Made by a program: the position numbers and the translations under genes
The notes under the pieces: model-generated
Database searches by the model: none
What the model was told of the DNA's origin: nothing
What the model saw: the letters and a program-made list of their open reading frames with translations, nothing else
Shown here: piece by piece, positions 8,850-17,859 of the stretch
How the letters are laid out: the number at the start of each line of letters is the position of its first letter
Numbering within the stretch: position 1 is the stretch's first letter
Source: Bacteroidales bacterium
GTDB taxonomy: Bacteria; Bacteroidota; Bacteroidia; Bacteroidales; UBA12481
Assembly: GCA_023145515.1 (NCBI GenBank)
Contig: JAGLDP010000117.1
Coordinates: 1,736 to 65,735 of the forward strand
Direction of reading: 5' to 3'
DNA length: 64,000 bases

Positions 8850-9560
8850 ATGACCCGTTTAAGTGTAAATATAAATAAAATTGCCACACTCAGAAATGCC
8901 AGAGGAGGTATGGTTCCTGATATTGTAAAAGCAGCAGTTGATTGTCAGGATTTTGGTGCCGAAGGGATTACAGTACATCCTCGTCCGGATGAACGACATA
9001 TACGATACCAGGATGTTCTTGATTTACGTCCGCATATCCATACTGAATTTAATATTGAAGGCTACCCAACAGAAACATTTATAGAGTTGGTACTAAGAGT
9101 ACTACCTGAGCAAGTTACTCTGGTACCTGACCCTCCGGGAGCTCTCACCTCCAACGCTGGTTGGGATACAATAAAAAACAAGAAGTTTCTGTCTGGAGTC
9201 ATTGCCAGATTTAAGGAGGCAGGCATCAGAACGTCTATTTTCATTGACACCAATGAGGAAAATATCCGTCATTCAGCTGAAACCGGAACCGATAGGGTTG
9301 AATTGTATACTGAGCCTTATGCTGAAAACTATATTAAGGGGAAGGAAAGTGCGATTCACCCTTTTGTTATGGCAGCTGAAGCAGCTCAGGAGGTCGGACT
9401 CAATTTAAATGCCGGACATGATTTGAGTTTGGAGAATCTGAAGTACTTTACTGGCAACATACCTGGATTATTGGAAGTAAGTATTGGCCATGCTCTCATT
9501 TCTGATGCTTTATATTTTGGTCTTCAGAATACCATAATGATGTATAAAAGACTATGTTAG
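8850..9560 (+). CDS. pdxJ: pyridoxine 5'-phosphate synthase
   Basis: 236 aa. [26 protein letters not shown] and NLNAGHDL motifs. Confidence 0.95.
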   Translation: MTRLSVNINKIATLRNARGGMVPDIVKAAVDCQDFGAEGITVHPRPDERHIRYQDVLDLRPHIHTEFNIEGYPTETFIELVLRVLPEQVTLVPDPPGALTSNAGWDTIKNKKFLSGVIARFKEAGIRTSIFIDTNEENIRHSAETGTDRVELYTEPYAENYIKGKESAIHPFVMAAEAAQEVGLNLNAGHDLSLENLKYFTGNIPGLLEVSIGHALISDALYFGLQNTIMMYKRLC

Positions 9561-9562
9561 AG

Positions 9563-9591
9563 AAACAAAGGCTATGATTCTGTCTTTGTTT
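9563..9591. terminator. hairpin terminator between convergent pdxJ and the hydrolase gene
   Basis: 8-bp stem AAACAAAG / CTTTGTTT with a 13-nt loop, followed on the + strand by a T-run (9597-9604). Confidence 0.55.
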
Positions 9592-9610
9592 ATGATATTT
9601 TTTTCCTTCA

Positions 9611-10429
9611 CTAATATTCAAGCAGAAACTTCTTGATAATTTTAACAAAAGCTTCAGGCTGCTCAGCATGTAGCCAATGTCCTGCATCGCGAATACTTAC
9701 CAGATTAGAACCCGGAAATAGTCTTTTGATAGCTTTTTCATCTCTCTCTCCGATATAATGTGAGTTTTCTCCTTTCACAAAAAGCACTGGATATTGTTTG
9801 AATCCCTCATCCTGATAGTCCTCTGGATTCAAACCATCTGCAAGAGAATCAAGATTTCTCATCAGTACATCCAGATTAATTTGCCAATAATAATTACCCT
9901 CTTTAGTTTTGGTCAGATTTTTCATCAGAAACTGTCTCAGTCTACGGTCAGGGAGAGCAGCTTCCAATTTTTCATCGGCCTCACGATGGTTTGTAATATC
10001 AGACAGGTCTAAATCTTTCAATGCAGTCATTATATGCTCATGCCCTGCAAAGTGGTCAGCTCTTTCCCCATTGCGGATATATGAAAGCGGACTCATATCT
10101 GCAACTACCAGACGACTAACACGTTCAGGGTAATGAGTTGCCATAAACATAGCAGTTTTACCTCCCATTGAATGTCCTAGAAGCATAACCTTTGAAAGAT
10201 CCCGGGCATCAATAAACTGCAGAAGGTCTTCCATTAACACTTTATAGTTATGCTCACTAAAATGTGGTGATTTACCATGATTACGTTGATCAAGCAAGTA
10301 TACTTCACATATACCGGCTAACTTTCTGGCAATGCTAAGCCAATTACTCCCGGATCCGTATAATCCGTGCAATATTATCAGTGGGTGTCCTGATCCAAGT
10401 TTAGTAAAATGCAAATCGGATATTCCCAT
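9611..10429 (-). CDS. alpha/beta fold hydrolase
   Basis: ORF 9611..10435 starts at a TTG. The ATG at 10429 is more likely. GHSMGG nucleophile elbow and a C-terminal DAGHW His motif. Confidence 0.8.
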   Translation of the reverse strand: MGISDLHFTKLGSGHPLIILHGLYGSGSNWLSIARKLAGICEVYLLDQRNHGKSPHFSEHNYKVLMEDLLQFIDARDLSKVMLLGHSMGGKTAMFMATHYPERVSRLVVADMSPLSYIRNGERADHFAGHEHIMTALKDLDLSDITNHREADEKLEAALPDRRLRQFLMKNLTKTKEGNYYWQINLDVLMRNLDSLADGLNPEDYQDEGFKQYPVLFVKGENSHYIGERDEKAIKRLFPGSNLVSIRDAGHWLHAEQPEAFVKIIKKFLLEY

Positions 10430-10431
10430 TA

Positions 10432-11046
10432 TCAACTATCTGCCAAATGCTGTTTAATCAAACTCACCAGCACTCTTATGCCTACTTTGTTTTCTCCACC
10501 CTGAGGAATAATCACATCAGCATATCGTTTAGAGGGTTCAATAAACTCTAAATGCATTGGTTTTACAGTTGATGCATAGCGATCAAGCACAGCATTAACC
10601 GATCTGCCTCTTTCGATGGTATCTCTGGTAATAACTCTGCTAAGCCTATCATCAGAGTCAGCATCAACATACACTTTAATATCCATCAAATCTCTCAACT
10701 CAGGATTAGTTAGAACAAGAATTCCCTCAATAATAATCACCTGTTTAGGATTGACAGGGATTGTTTCATCAGATCTCACGCATGTCAGATATGAATAAAT
10801 AGGCTGCTGGATAGCCTTATCGTGTCTAAGATCAACAATATGATCAACCAGCAAAGACCATTCAATTGAATCAGGGTGGTCAAAATTTAGTTTCTGACGT
10901 TCCTCAAGCTTCAAATGAGAATTATCCTTATAGTAGGAGTCCTGAGGCAGCAGAGTTACCTCTTCATCCTGAAATTGACTAATTATTTTCTTTACCACTG
11001 TGGTCTTACCAGACCCTGTTCCTCCTGCGATGCCAACAACTAACAT
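10432..11046 (-). CDS. udk: uridine kinase
   Basis: 204 aa. P-loop GIAGGTGSGKTT with uridine kinase-like body (NFDHPDS, IIEGIL). Confidence 0.92.
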   Translation of the reverse strand: MLVVGIAGGTGSGKTTVVKKIISQFQDEEVTLLPQDSYYKDNSHLKLEERQKLNFDHPDSIEWSLLVDHIVDLRHDKAIQQPIYSYLTCVRSDETIPVNPKQVIIIEGILVLTNPELRDLMDIKVYVDADSDDRLSRVITRDTIERGRSVNAVLDRYASTVKPMHLEFIEPSKRYADVIIPQGGENKVGIRVLVSLIKQHLADS

Positions 11047-11079
11047 AGTTTATCTTATTATGATTAATATAGCTAATCG

Positions 11080-11087
11080 TATATTTG
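11080..11087 (+). promoter_or_regulatory. -7 type promoter box TAtaTTTG only 4 nt from the Dabb gene ATG
   Basis: The box ends at 11087 and the ATG is at 11092. This implies a leaderless or near-leaderless mRNA if the box is functional. Confidence 0.4.
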
Positions 11088-11091
11088 TAAA

Positions 11092-11400
11092 ATGATACGA
11101 CACATAGTACTATTCAAAATAAAAGAATTTTCTTCAAATGAAGAAAAAAAACAGGCACTTGATGAAGTATTAATTAACTTTAGGAGCCTTGTAGGAGAAA
11201 TTCCACAAATAAGGGAATATAAAGTTAAGCCTGATATTGTTCACGGTACAGCTTCATTTGATGTGATTATTGACAGTAGTTTTGATAATCTTGATGACCT
11301 TAAGGATTATCAGATGCACCCGGCGCATCAATATGCTGTAAAGCAAAATCAGCAATGGTGCTGCCAGAAGGTTATAGTTGATTATAATACTGAATACTAG
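11092..11400 (+). CDS. Dabb (stress-responsive alpha/beta barrel) family protein
   Basis: 102 aa. MIRHIVLFK... start and HPAH motif (YQMHPAHQ), typical of Dabb domains. Confidence 0.75.
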   Translation: MIRHIVLFKIKEFSSNEEKKQALDEVLINFRSLVGEIPQIREYKVKPDIVHGTASFDVIIDSSFDNLDDLKDYQMHPAHQYAVKQNQQWCCQKVIVDYNTEY

Positions 11401-11412
11401 ATATTTAACAAT

Positions 11413-12402
11413 ATGTTATATCCATTAAAATTTGTTCCTCAATACAAATACCGCCTTTGGGGTGGCAACAAATTATCAAGCATTCTGCACAAGTCTGAAG
11501 TTCCTGAAAAAACTGGTGAAAGCTGGGAATTATCAGGGGTAGCTGATTCTCTTTCGATAGTTGCAAATGGATTTCTGGAAGGCAACAGCATTCAGGAATT
11601 AGCTGAGGTTTACATGGGTGACCTGATGGGAGATTCTGTATATGAGCAATTTGGAGCAGAATTTCCTCTTTTGATTAAGTTAATTGATGCCAACGCTGTA
11701 TTATCCATCCAGGTTCATCCGAATGACGAGCTTGCTGCAAAACGGCATAATGCTTACGGCAAAACCGAGATGTGGTATGTGATACAAGCAGATGAAGGGT
11801 CAGAATTATTTACCGGATTTAACCGCGACATTAATAAGGAAGCTCTACTGGATCATATAGAACAAAACACTCTTGAATCAGTTTTGAATCGAGAATCAGT
11901 ACAATCTGGAGATTGTTTTTTCATTCCGGCTGGACGAGTTCATGCTACTGGTGCTGGAATATTATTTGCAGAGATTCAGCAAACCAGTGATATCACGTAC
12001 AGACTATTTGATTGGAACCGTGTAGATTCAGATGGAAAGCCGCGTGACCTGCACACTGACCTTGCTATTGATGCCATTGATTACAAGCATTATCCAAATT
12101 ATCGCACCAAGTATCCTAAAACTGAGAATCAAAGCAACCTCATGGTTGACTCCAGATATTTTACGAGTCAATATATCTCTGCTAAACAGTTAATTGAAAA
12201 GGATTATTCTGAATTAGATTCGTTTATAATATATATATGTCTTAAAGGGGCCTGCAAGATTGAATACAATGAGAGTGCTAGTATAGACTTTAGAATTGGG
12301 GAAACCATTTTGATTCCGGCCAGTATAAAGAATATCAGAATACTACCATCTGAGTCCACAGAACTTCTGGAGGTCTTTATCAAATCAATGCCATCTGAAT
12401 AA
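11413..12402 (+). CDS. manA: type I phosphomannose isomerase (mannose-6-phosphate isomerase)
   Basis: 329 aa. YRLWGG, SWELSG, LSIQVHPND, KTEMWYV and IPAGRVHA cupin/PMI motifs. Confidence 0.8.
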   Translation: MLYPLKFVPQYKYRLWGGNKLSSILHKSEVPEKTGESWELSGVADSLSIVANGFLEGNSIQELAEVYMGDLMGDSVYEQFGAEFPLLIKLIDANAVLSIQVHPNDELAAKRHNAYGKTEMWYVIQADEGSELFTGFNRDINKEALLDHIEQNTLESVLNRESVQSGDCFFIPAGRVHATGAGILFAEIQQTSDITYRLFDWNRVDSDGKPRDLHTDLAIDAIDYKHYPNYRTKYPKTENQSNLMVDSRYFTSQYISAKQLIEKDYSELDSFIIYICLKGACKIEYNESASIDFRIGETILIPASIKNIRILPSESTELLEVFIKSMPSE

Positions 12403-12423
12403 GTCATCAGCTAAAATAACAGC

Positions 12424-13020
12424 ATGAAAATCAACACTTCTAAGTTCCTGATGAGCAATACGAAGCTTAGTAAATGTCCGAAACCAGACAAACCGGAGTA
12501 TGCTTTTATCGGGCGTTCGAATGTAGGGAAGTCTTCATTAATCAACATGCTAAGCGGACGTAAGGCGCTTGCAAAAATCTCAGGCAAGCCTGGAAAGACA
12601 CAGCTCATTAATCACTTTTTGATAAATGAATCCTGGTATCTTGTTGATTTACCCGGTTATGGTTATGCAAAAATTGCAAAAAACCAAAGAGAGAAGTGGA
12701 TGATATTCATTATGGACTACATCAAAAATCGTGAAAACCTGATGTGTCTTTTTGTTTTGATAGATTCTCGTATAGAACCACAGAAAATTGATTTGGAATT
12801 TATTTCAATGTTGGGTGAAAATGGCATACCTTTTAATTTAATTTTCACAAAAACAGATAAAATAGCAGCACATCAAATACAGATAAACATTTCAGCTTTC
12901 AATGCTAAGATGCTGGAAACTTGGGAAGATACTCCGGGCTATCATATTTCATCAGCCAGAACGGGAACTGGCAAAGAGGAAATTCTTGAGTTCATCGACA
13001 AAACCAATCAAGCATATTAG
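12424..13020 (+). CDS. engB: ribosome biogenesis GTP-binding protein YihA/EngB
   Basis: 198 aa. G1 GRSNVGKSSLIN, DLPGYGYA and FTKTDK G4-like box. Confidence 0.9.
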   Translation: MKINTSKFLMSNTKLSKCPKPDKPEYAFIGRSNVGKSSLINMLSGRKALAKISGKPGKTQLINHFLINESWYLVDLPGYGYAKIAKNQREKWMIFIMDYIKNRENLMCLFVLIDSRIEPQKIDLEFISMLGENGIPFNLIFTKTDKIAAHQIQINISAFNAKMLETWEDTPGYHISSARTGTGKEEILEFIDKTNQAY

Positions 13021-13042
13021 GTAATCTTACCTAGTATTTTAT

Positions 13043-13050
13043 TAGCTTTG
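13043..13050 (+). promoter_or_regulatory. -7 type promoter box TAgcTTTG for prs
   Basis: 37 nt upstream of ATG 13088. Confidence 0.4.
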
Positions 13051-13087
13051 CTTAAAACTTACTTGTCTTTCATAACACTCCGTCCTT

Positions 13088-14026
13088 ATGCCACATAATA
13101 GCTCAATCAAGTTATTTTCAGGATCTTCAACTAACTATCTTTCTGAAAAAATTGCCAATTGCTACGGTACAAAACTTGGAAATATTAGTATCCAGACTTT
13201 TGCTGACGGAGAATTCCAGCCATGCTATGAAGAAACTGTTAGGGGAACGCATGTTTTTATCATTCAATCTACATTTGCACCAGCAGATAACTTACTGGAA
13301 CTACTTTTTATGATTGATGCTGCCAAACGTGCTTCTGCCTACAAGGTAGTTGCTGTTATACCCTATTTTGGTTTTGCCCGACAAGACAGAAAAGACCGTC
13401 CACGTGTATCTATAGCTGCCAAGTTGGTTTCCAATATTCTGGCTAAAGCTGGTGTTGACCGTATTATTACTATGGATCTTCATGCTGATCAAATTCAAGG
13501 ATTCTTTGACGTGCCTGTTGATCATCTATATGCCTCAAGAGTTTTTGTCGATTATCTTCGCTCACTTAAGCTGCAGGATATGATAATTGCATCACCTGAT
13601 ACAGGAGGAACCAAAAGAGCAAATTCTTATGCCAAATTTCTTGACAAACCAATGGTAGTTTGCCATAAATCAAGAAAAGGGCCCAATATTGTAAGTGAAA
13701 TGACAGTTATTGGTGATGTAAAAAACAAGAATGTAGTTTTAGTTGATGACATGATTGATACGGCTGGAACTATCACTAAAGCTGCCGATCTAATCATGGA
13801 GCAAGGAGCTCAATCTGTTAGATGCATCGCCACCCATCCGATTTTATCCGGACCAGCATACGAGCGCATTGAAAAAAGTGCACTTGCCGAGGTGCTGGTA
13901 ACAGATTCAATTCCATTAAAACAGACATCTGACAAAATCAGAGTCATTTCTGTGGCTGAAATGTTTGCAGATGTTATCCTTAAAGCATATAACAACCAGT
14001 CGATAAGCAGTAGTTTCTTGTTTTAA
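13088..14026 (+). CDS. prs: ribose-phosphate pyrophosphokinase
   Basis: 312 aa. GFARQDRK, DLHADQIQGFF and the VLVDDMIDTAGT PRPP-binding loop. Confidence 0.95.
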   Translation: MPHNSSIKLFSGSSTNYLSEKIANCYGTKLGNISIQTFADGEFQPCYEETVRGTHVFIIQSTFAPADNLLELLFMIDAAKRASAYKVVAVIPYFGFARQDRKDRPRVSIAAKLVSNILAKAGVDRIITMDLHADQIQGFFDVPVDHLYASRVFVDYLRSLKLQDMIIASPDTGGTKRANSYAKFLDKPMVVCHKSRKGPNIVSEMTVIGDVKNKNVVLVDDMIDTAGTITKAADLIMEQGAQSVRCIATHPILSGPAYERIEKSALAEVLVTDSIPLKQTSDKIRVISVAEMFADVILKAYNNQSISSSFLF

Positions 14027-14031
14027 TTTCT

Positions 14032-14039
14032 TATATTTG
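14032..14039 (+). promoter_or_regulatory. -7 type promoter box TAtaTTTG for rplY, giving a leader of about 100 nt
   Basis: 105 nt upstream of ATG 14145. Confidence 0.45.
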
Positions 14040-14054
14040 CAGCCTTAAATTTTT

Positions 14055-14105
14055 GCCGGAATAACAACAACGTGTAATGGGGGACTCATTACTAATCAGT
14101 CCGGC
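14055..14105 (+). promoter_or_regulatory. nested stem-loop in the rplY 5' leader (candidate ribosomal-protein autoregulatory element)
   Basis: Outer stem GCCGGA (14055-14060) / TCCGGC (14100-14105). Inner stem GTAATG (14074-14079) / CATTAC (14087-14092) with loop GGGGACT. Confidence 0.35.
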
Positions 14106-14144
14106 CTGATTCAAACGGGTTCTGAGTAGCACAAAAGAAAAGAA

Positions 14145-14798
14145 ATGAAAACATTTGAATTAAAAGGATCTATTCGTGAAGACCTGGGTAAAAAGGCCAC
14201 GAAGAAAGTCAGAAATCAAGGTATGATTCCTTGTGTTATCTATGGTGGAGAAAAACCAGTACATTTTACTGCTCCAATAAACGATTTCAGAAATCTGATT
14301 TACACACCTTACGTGTATATTGTCAACCTCGAGTTGGATGGTACTGTGTATATGGCATTACTGAAAGACTTGCAATTTCACCCAACAAGTGATGCTATTT
14401 TGCATATAGACTTTTTGCAAATCTTCAAAGACAAGCCTGCTACAGTAGCTGTACCAGTTATCACAACAGGATTTTCTGAAGGTGTTAAAGCTGGTGGTAA
14501 GTTAAAAATTGAGATGCGCAGACTTAAGGTAAAAGCTCTGCCAAAAGATCTTCCTGATGAACTAACTATTGATGTAACTGACATTTCTTTAGGACAATCA
14601 CTTAAGACACGTGAGCTGAAATATGACAATCTTGAATTACTTGATCCGGCTGGAGCTGTAGTTGTATCAGTTAAACTTACCAGGGTTGCTAAGGGCATGG
14701 CTATTGATGAAGACGTTGAAGAAGTTGAAGAAGGTGAAGAAGGTGAAGAAGGTGATGAAGAAGGTTCTGGTGAAGAGAAATCTGAAGGTGCAGAATAA
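14145..14798 (+). CDS. rplY: 50S ribosomal protein L25 / general stress protein Ctc, with acidic C-terminal tail
   Basis: 217 aa. N-terminal L25 fold signature (GKKATKKVRNQGMIPCVIYG) and a long Ctc-type C-terminal domain, ending in a Glu/Gly-rich tail. Confidence 0.9.
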   Translation: MKTFELKGSIREDLGKKATKKVRNQGMIPCVIYGGEKPVHFTAPINDFRNLIYTPYVYIVNLELDGTVYMALLKDLQFHPTSDAILHIDFLQIFKDKPATVAVPVITTGFSEGVKAGGKLKIEMRRLKVKALPKDLPDELTIDVTDISLGQSLKTRELKYDNLELLDPAGAVVVSVKLTRVAKGMAIDEDVEEVEEGEEGEEGDEEGSGEEKSEGAE

Positions 14799-14821
14799 GA
14801 ACATTACTAAAAAATCTTTTT

Positions 14822-15400
14822 TTGAAGTATCTTATTTTCGGACTTGGTAACATTGGGCCGGAATATCACAAAACCCGGCACAACATAGGCTTTACAATAT
14901 TGGACGCTCTCTCTGAGGCGTCCAATATTGCTTTTAAGCCTAAGCGACTTGCTAGTGTTGCCGAATACAAATACAAATCGCGGCACTTCATTCTGGTCAA
15001 GCCATCCACTTACATGAACCTTAGTGGCAAGGCCGTTAACTATTGGATTCAAAAAACAAAAACTCCAATTGAGAACATTCTGATTTTGGTTGACGACCTG
15101 GCGCTTCCTTTTGGTCACATTAGAATCAGGGGCAAAGGGGCAGATGGTGGACATAATGGTTTGAGAAATATAAATGAAACTCTCGGACGTAATGACTATG
15201 CCAGATTAAGATTTGGCATTGGCAGTTCCTTTAATCAGGGACAACAAGTTGATTACGTTTTAAGCGAATGGGATATAGAAGAAAAGAAACAACTTCCTGA
15301 AAGGCTGCAAGTAGCTAATGACGCTATTCGTTCATTTGGCACTATTGGTATTCAGAGAACAATGACTTTATTCAATAACAACAAGCCCTCTGATATCTAA
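14822..15400 (+). CDS. pth: peptidyl-tRNA hydrolase (TTG start)
   Basis: 192 aa. FGLGNIGPEY, TRHNIGF and GGHNGLRN motifs. No in-frame ATG precedes the conserved N-terminus, so the TTG at 14822 is the apparent start. Confidence 0.93.
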   Translation: MKYLIFGLGNIGPEYHKTRHNIGFTILDALSEASNIAFKPKRLASVAEYKYKSRHFILVKPSTYMNLSGKAVNYWIQKTKTPIENILILVDDLALPFGHIRIRGKGADGGHNGLRNINETLGRNDYARLRFGIGSSFNQGQQVDYVLSEWDIEEKKQLPERLQVANDAIRSFGTIGIQRTMTLFNNNKPSDI

Positions 15401-15453
15401 CAATCTCTTTGTTAAAGATCTGTTAATGCGCATATTATGATTCATTGTTACCT

Positions 15454-15461
15454 TACTTTTG
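15454..15461 (+). promoter_or_regulatory. -7 type promoter box TActTTTG 4 nt from the histidine kinase ATG
   Basis: The box ends at 15461 and the ATG is at 15466. Confidence 0.35.
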
Positions 15462-15465
15462 CAAG

Positions 15466-16752
15466 ATGTCGAAATTAGTGCTTAACAAATCGTCTATCCG
15501 CCTGCTGATAATATTTACAGCATTATCACTAATGGGGCTCATTACAACTCAGGTTTTCTGGATAAAGAATGCACTACAATTAGCTGACCAACAGTTTGAT
15601 AACAGAGTAACAATTGCTCTACAAGGAGCATTAGATGAGTACGTTCAACTATTTCAGGAAGATTCAGAAGCCACAATAGGTGGATGTTTAGCAACGTGCA
15701 ACCTGGATGACAGTTTTTTCATAAATCTACTTCCTGAGACAATTGACTCACTACTTCTTGTGCACTTTAGCTACCACGGTCTGGATTTGAATTACAAATT
15801 ATCAGTAGCTAAATGTAGTACTGGAGAAATTCTCTATTCAAAAGGGAGTATTCAAGGCAAGCAGAATTCTATTAGTACTCACAGAATCAGCCTTTCATGC
15901 CTAAAGCATGAAGAAAGCCATCATCTTGAAGTAGCCTTTGGATCTAAACACGGTTTTATCTTAACCGAAACGATAAGCTGGTTAATTGCTTCTGCTATAT
16001 TCTTATTAATTGTTGTTTTGAGTTTTGCCTATATTGTTCTGACAATAATCAGGCAGAAGAAAATTGGACAAATAAGAAACGATTTTATCAATAATATGAC
16101 TCATGAGTTCAAAACACCCATCGCCAATATTTCTTTGGCTTCAGAGGTTCTTATGAGAAACGAAACTAAAAAAAGCGAACAAAAGATTGACCAGTATGCC
16201 AAAATTATCTACCAGGAGAATCTCAGAATGAAATCTCAGGTAGAAAGAGTATTACAGGTTGCCCTTAGAAACAGAGACGACCTTACCGTACATACCGAAG
16301 TAACTGATATTCATTCGCTTATAAAAGAAGCTGTTAGCCATATATGCTTAACTGATTGTCAAGAAGGAGTTAAAATAGAGTATCTTTTCAAGGCAAAAAG
16401 CTCTGTAATTTCAATTGACCCAATGCATTTCACCAATATCGTTCATAACCTGATCGATAATGCACAAAAATACTCAGAAAGCAATACGGAAATAGAAATA
16501 AGGACTAAAACGGATAATAACAAGATTATTATCGATTTTCAGGATAATGGGATAGGGATATCGGCAGAATCTCAAAAACAAATTTTCGAAAAGTTTTTTC
16601 GGGTATCTACAGGAAATGTTCATAATGTTAAAGGCTTTGGCTTGGGTTTAAACTATGTGAAAACTATGGTTGAAGCTCAGGGAGGTAAAATCTCATTACA
16701 AAGCGATCTTGGAAAAGGCTCTTGTTTTACCATTGCTTTCCCATTATCTTAA
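15466..16752 (+). CDS. sensor histidine kinase (two TM segments, HisKA + HATPase_c)
   Basis: ORF 15445..16752. ATG 15466 is preferred because the TTG at 15445 precedes a TActTTTG box. H-box NMTHEFKTPI, N-box DNAQKY, G-boxes DNGIGI and GFGLGL. Confidence 0.85.
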   Translation: MSKLVLNKSSIRLLIIFTALSLMGLITTQVFWIKNALQLADQQFDNRVTIALQGALDEYVQLFQEDSEATIGGCLATCNLDDSFFINLLPETIDSLLLVHFSYHGLDLNYKLSVAKCSTGEILYSKGSIQGKQNSISTHRISLSCLKHEESHHLEVAFGSKHGFILTETISWLIASAIFLLIVVLSFAYIVLTIIRQKKIGQIRNDFINNMTHEFKTPIANISLASEVLMRNETKKSEQKIDQYAKIIYQENLRMKSQVERVLQVALRNRDDLTVHTEVTDIHSLIKEAVSHICLTDCQEGVKIEYLFKAKSSVISIDPMHFTNIVHNLIDNAQKYSESNTEIEIRTKTDNNKIIIDFQDNGIGISAESQKQIFEKFFRVSTGNVHNVKGFGLGLNYVKTMVEAQGGKISLQSDLGKGSCFTIAFPLS

Positions 16753-16775
16753 TAATTCATGAGAAATCCAACAGC

Positions 16776-17477
16776 ATGAAGAAATATAAAGTAAATATAC
16801 TCTTAGTGGAAGATGATGATAATCTGGGATTTATGCTAAAAGATTATCTCGAGATGGAAGGTTTTCAAGTAAACTTGCAAAAAGATGGACAATCAGGCTT
16901 TCAGGCCTTCCAGAATCAAACCTTTGACCTCTGCATTTTAGATGTAATGATGCCTATTCAGGATGGCTTTTCGCTTGCTAAAGATATTCGCAAGATAAAC
17001 CAAAAGGTTCCATTTGTTTTTCTAACAGCAAAAGCCCAGGAAGAAGACCGCATCAAAGGGCTCAAACTAGGTGCTGATGATTACATTACTAAACCTTTTA
17101 GCACTGAAGAGCTTAAGTTAAGATTAGAGAATATCCTAAGGAGAACTTCCCCTCCGGATAACCTTACAAAAGAAGAAGTTTATCATATTGGACAGTATAT
17201 TTTTGATTTTGCCAATCAGATACTAAAACACAAAACGACCAAAAAGAAGCTAACAAAAAAGGAGGCTCTGGTTCTTCAATTATTATGTCAAAACAGAAAT
17301 CTGTTAGTAAGAAGAGAAACAGCATTAACCTCAATTTGGGGTGCCGATGATTATTTTATGGGAAGAAGCATGGATGTGTATATAGCCAAGCTACGTGGGT
17401 ATCTTAAGGAAGATCCGAAGGTAACCATATTAAATGTTCACGGAACCGGGTTTAAACTTGAGATTGAAGAAAAGTGA
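16776..17477 (+). CDS. OmpR-family response regulator transcription factor
   Basis: ORF 16722..17477. The ATG at 16776 gives MKKYKVNILLVEDD. Receiver Asp in ILDVMMP, LTAK, then a winged-helix C-terminal domain (VHGTGFKL). Confidence 0.9.
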   Translation: MKKYKVNILLVEDDDNLGFMLKDYLEMEGFQVNLQKDGQSGFQAFQNQTFDLCILDVMMPIQDGFSLAKDIRKINQKVPFVFLTAKAQEEDRIKGLKLGADDYITKPFSTEELKLRLENILRRTSPPDNLTKEEVYHIGQYIFDFANQILKHKTTKKKLTKKEALVLQLLCQNRNLLVRRETALTSIWGADDYFMGRSMDVYIAKLRGYLKEDPKVTILNVHGTGFKLEIEEK

Positions 17478-17848
17478 GTGAGGGAGTTCGCATCGACAAG
17501 TGGCTTTGGGCTGTAAGAATTTTCAAAACCCGTAGTTTAGCAAGTGATCATTGTAAAAGTGCTAAGGTCACAATTGGTGGTATAAGTGTAAAACCATCCA
17601 AAATCATCCACATTGATGAGGTGATATCCGTAAAACGCCCTCCAGCTATTTTTAGTTATAAAGTCAAGGGATTAATCTCAAAAAGGGTATCGGCCAGCCT
17701 GGCTGCGAAACATGTAGAAAATATAACTCCACAAGCAGAGCTAGATAAACTGGCTCAGGTTAAGGAGTCGGTCTTCTTCAAAAGAGAGCGTGGCACAGGC
17801 AGACCAACAAAAAAAGAAAGAAGAGACATTGATAAACTCAGAACCTAA
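17474..17848 (+). CDS. hslR: S4-domain RNA-binding protein (heat shock protein 15-like)
   Basis: 124 aa. RIDKWLWAVRIFKTRS S4 motif and a basic C-terminal tail. There is a 4-nt overlap with the response regulator gene. Confidence 0.8.
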   Translation: MSEGVRIDKWLWAVRIFKTRSLASDHCKSAKVTIGGISVKPSKIIHIDEVISVKRPPAIFSYKVKGLISKRVSASLAAKHVENITPQAELDKLAQVKESVFFKRERGTGRPTKKERRDIDKLRT

Positions 17849-17859
17849 TCTGACATCCC

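Noticed and set aside
8791-8889. N-terminal extensions of several track ORFs (8791-8889, 789-815, 3258-3290, 16722-16775, 40867-40884, 46158-46205, 59270-59290, 15445-15465)
   Set aside because: The extensions start at TTG or other upstream codons, contain or precede TAnnTTTG promoter boxes, or overlap divergent genes. Internal ATGs give clean signal peptides or canonical N-termini, so the shorter models were used.
1302-9560. pdxJ / CBS / nadK / DUF6089-like / uppS / bamA / skp / skp / murI block as a possible novel cluster
   Set aside because: From memory, this is a widely conserved Bacteroidota housekeeping synteny. It is useful for taxonomic placement but not novel.
14378-14698. 106-aa minus-strand ORF antisense to rplY
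   Set aside because: It lies opposite a ribosomal protein gene with clear homology, and its translation has no features.
14711-14790. GAAGAAGGT-type 9-bp repeats at the end of rplY
   Set aside because: They are in frame and encode the acidic Glu/Gly tail of L25/Ctc. This is compositional and not a regulatory or mobile repeat.
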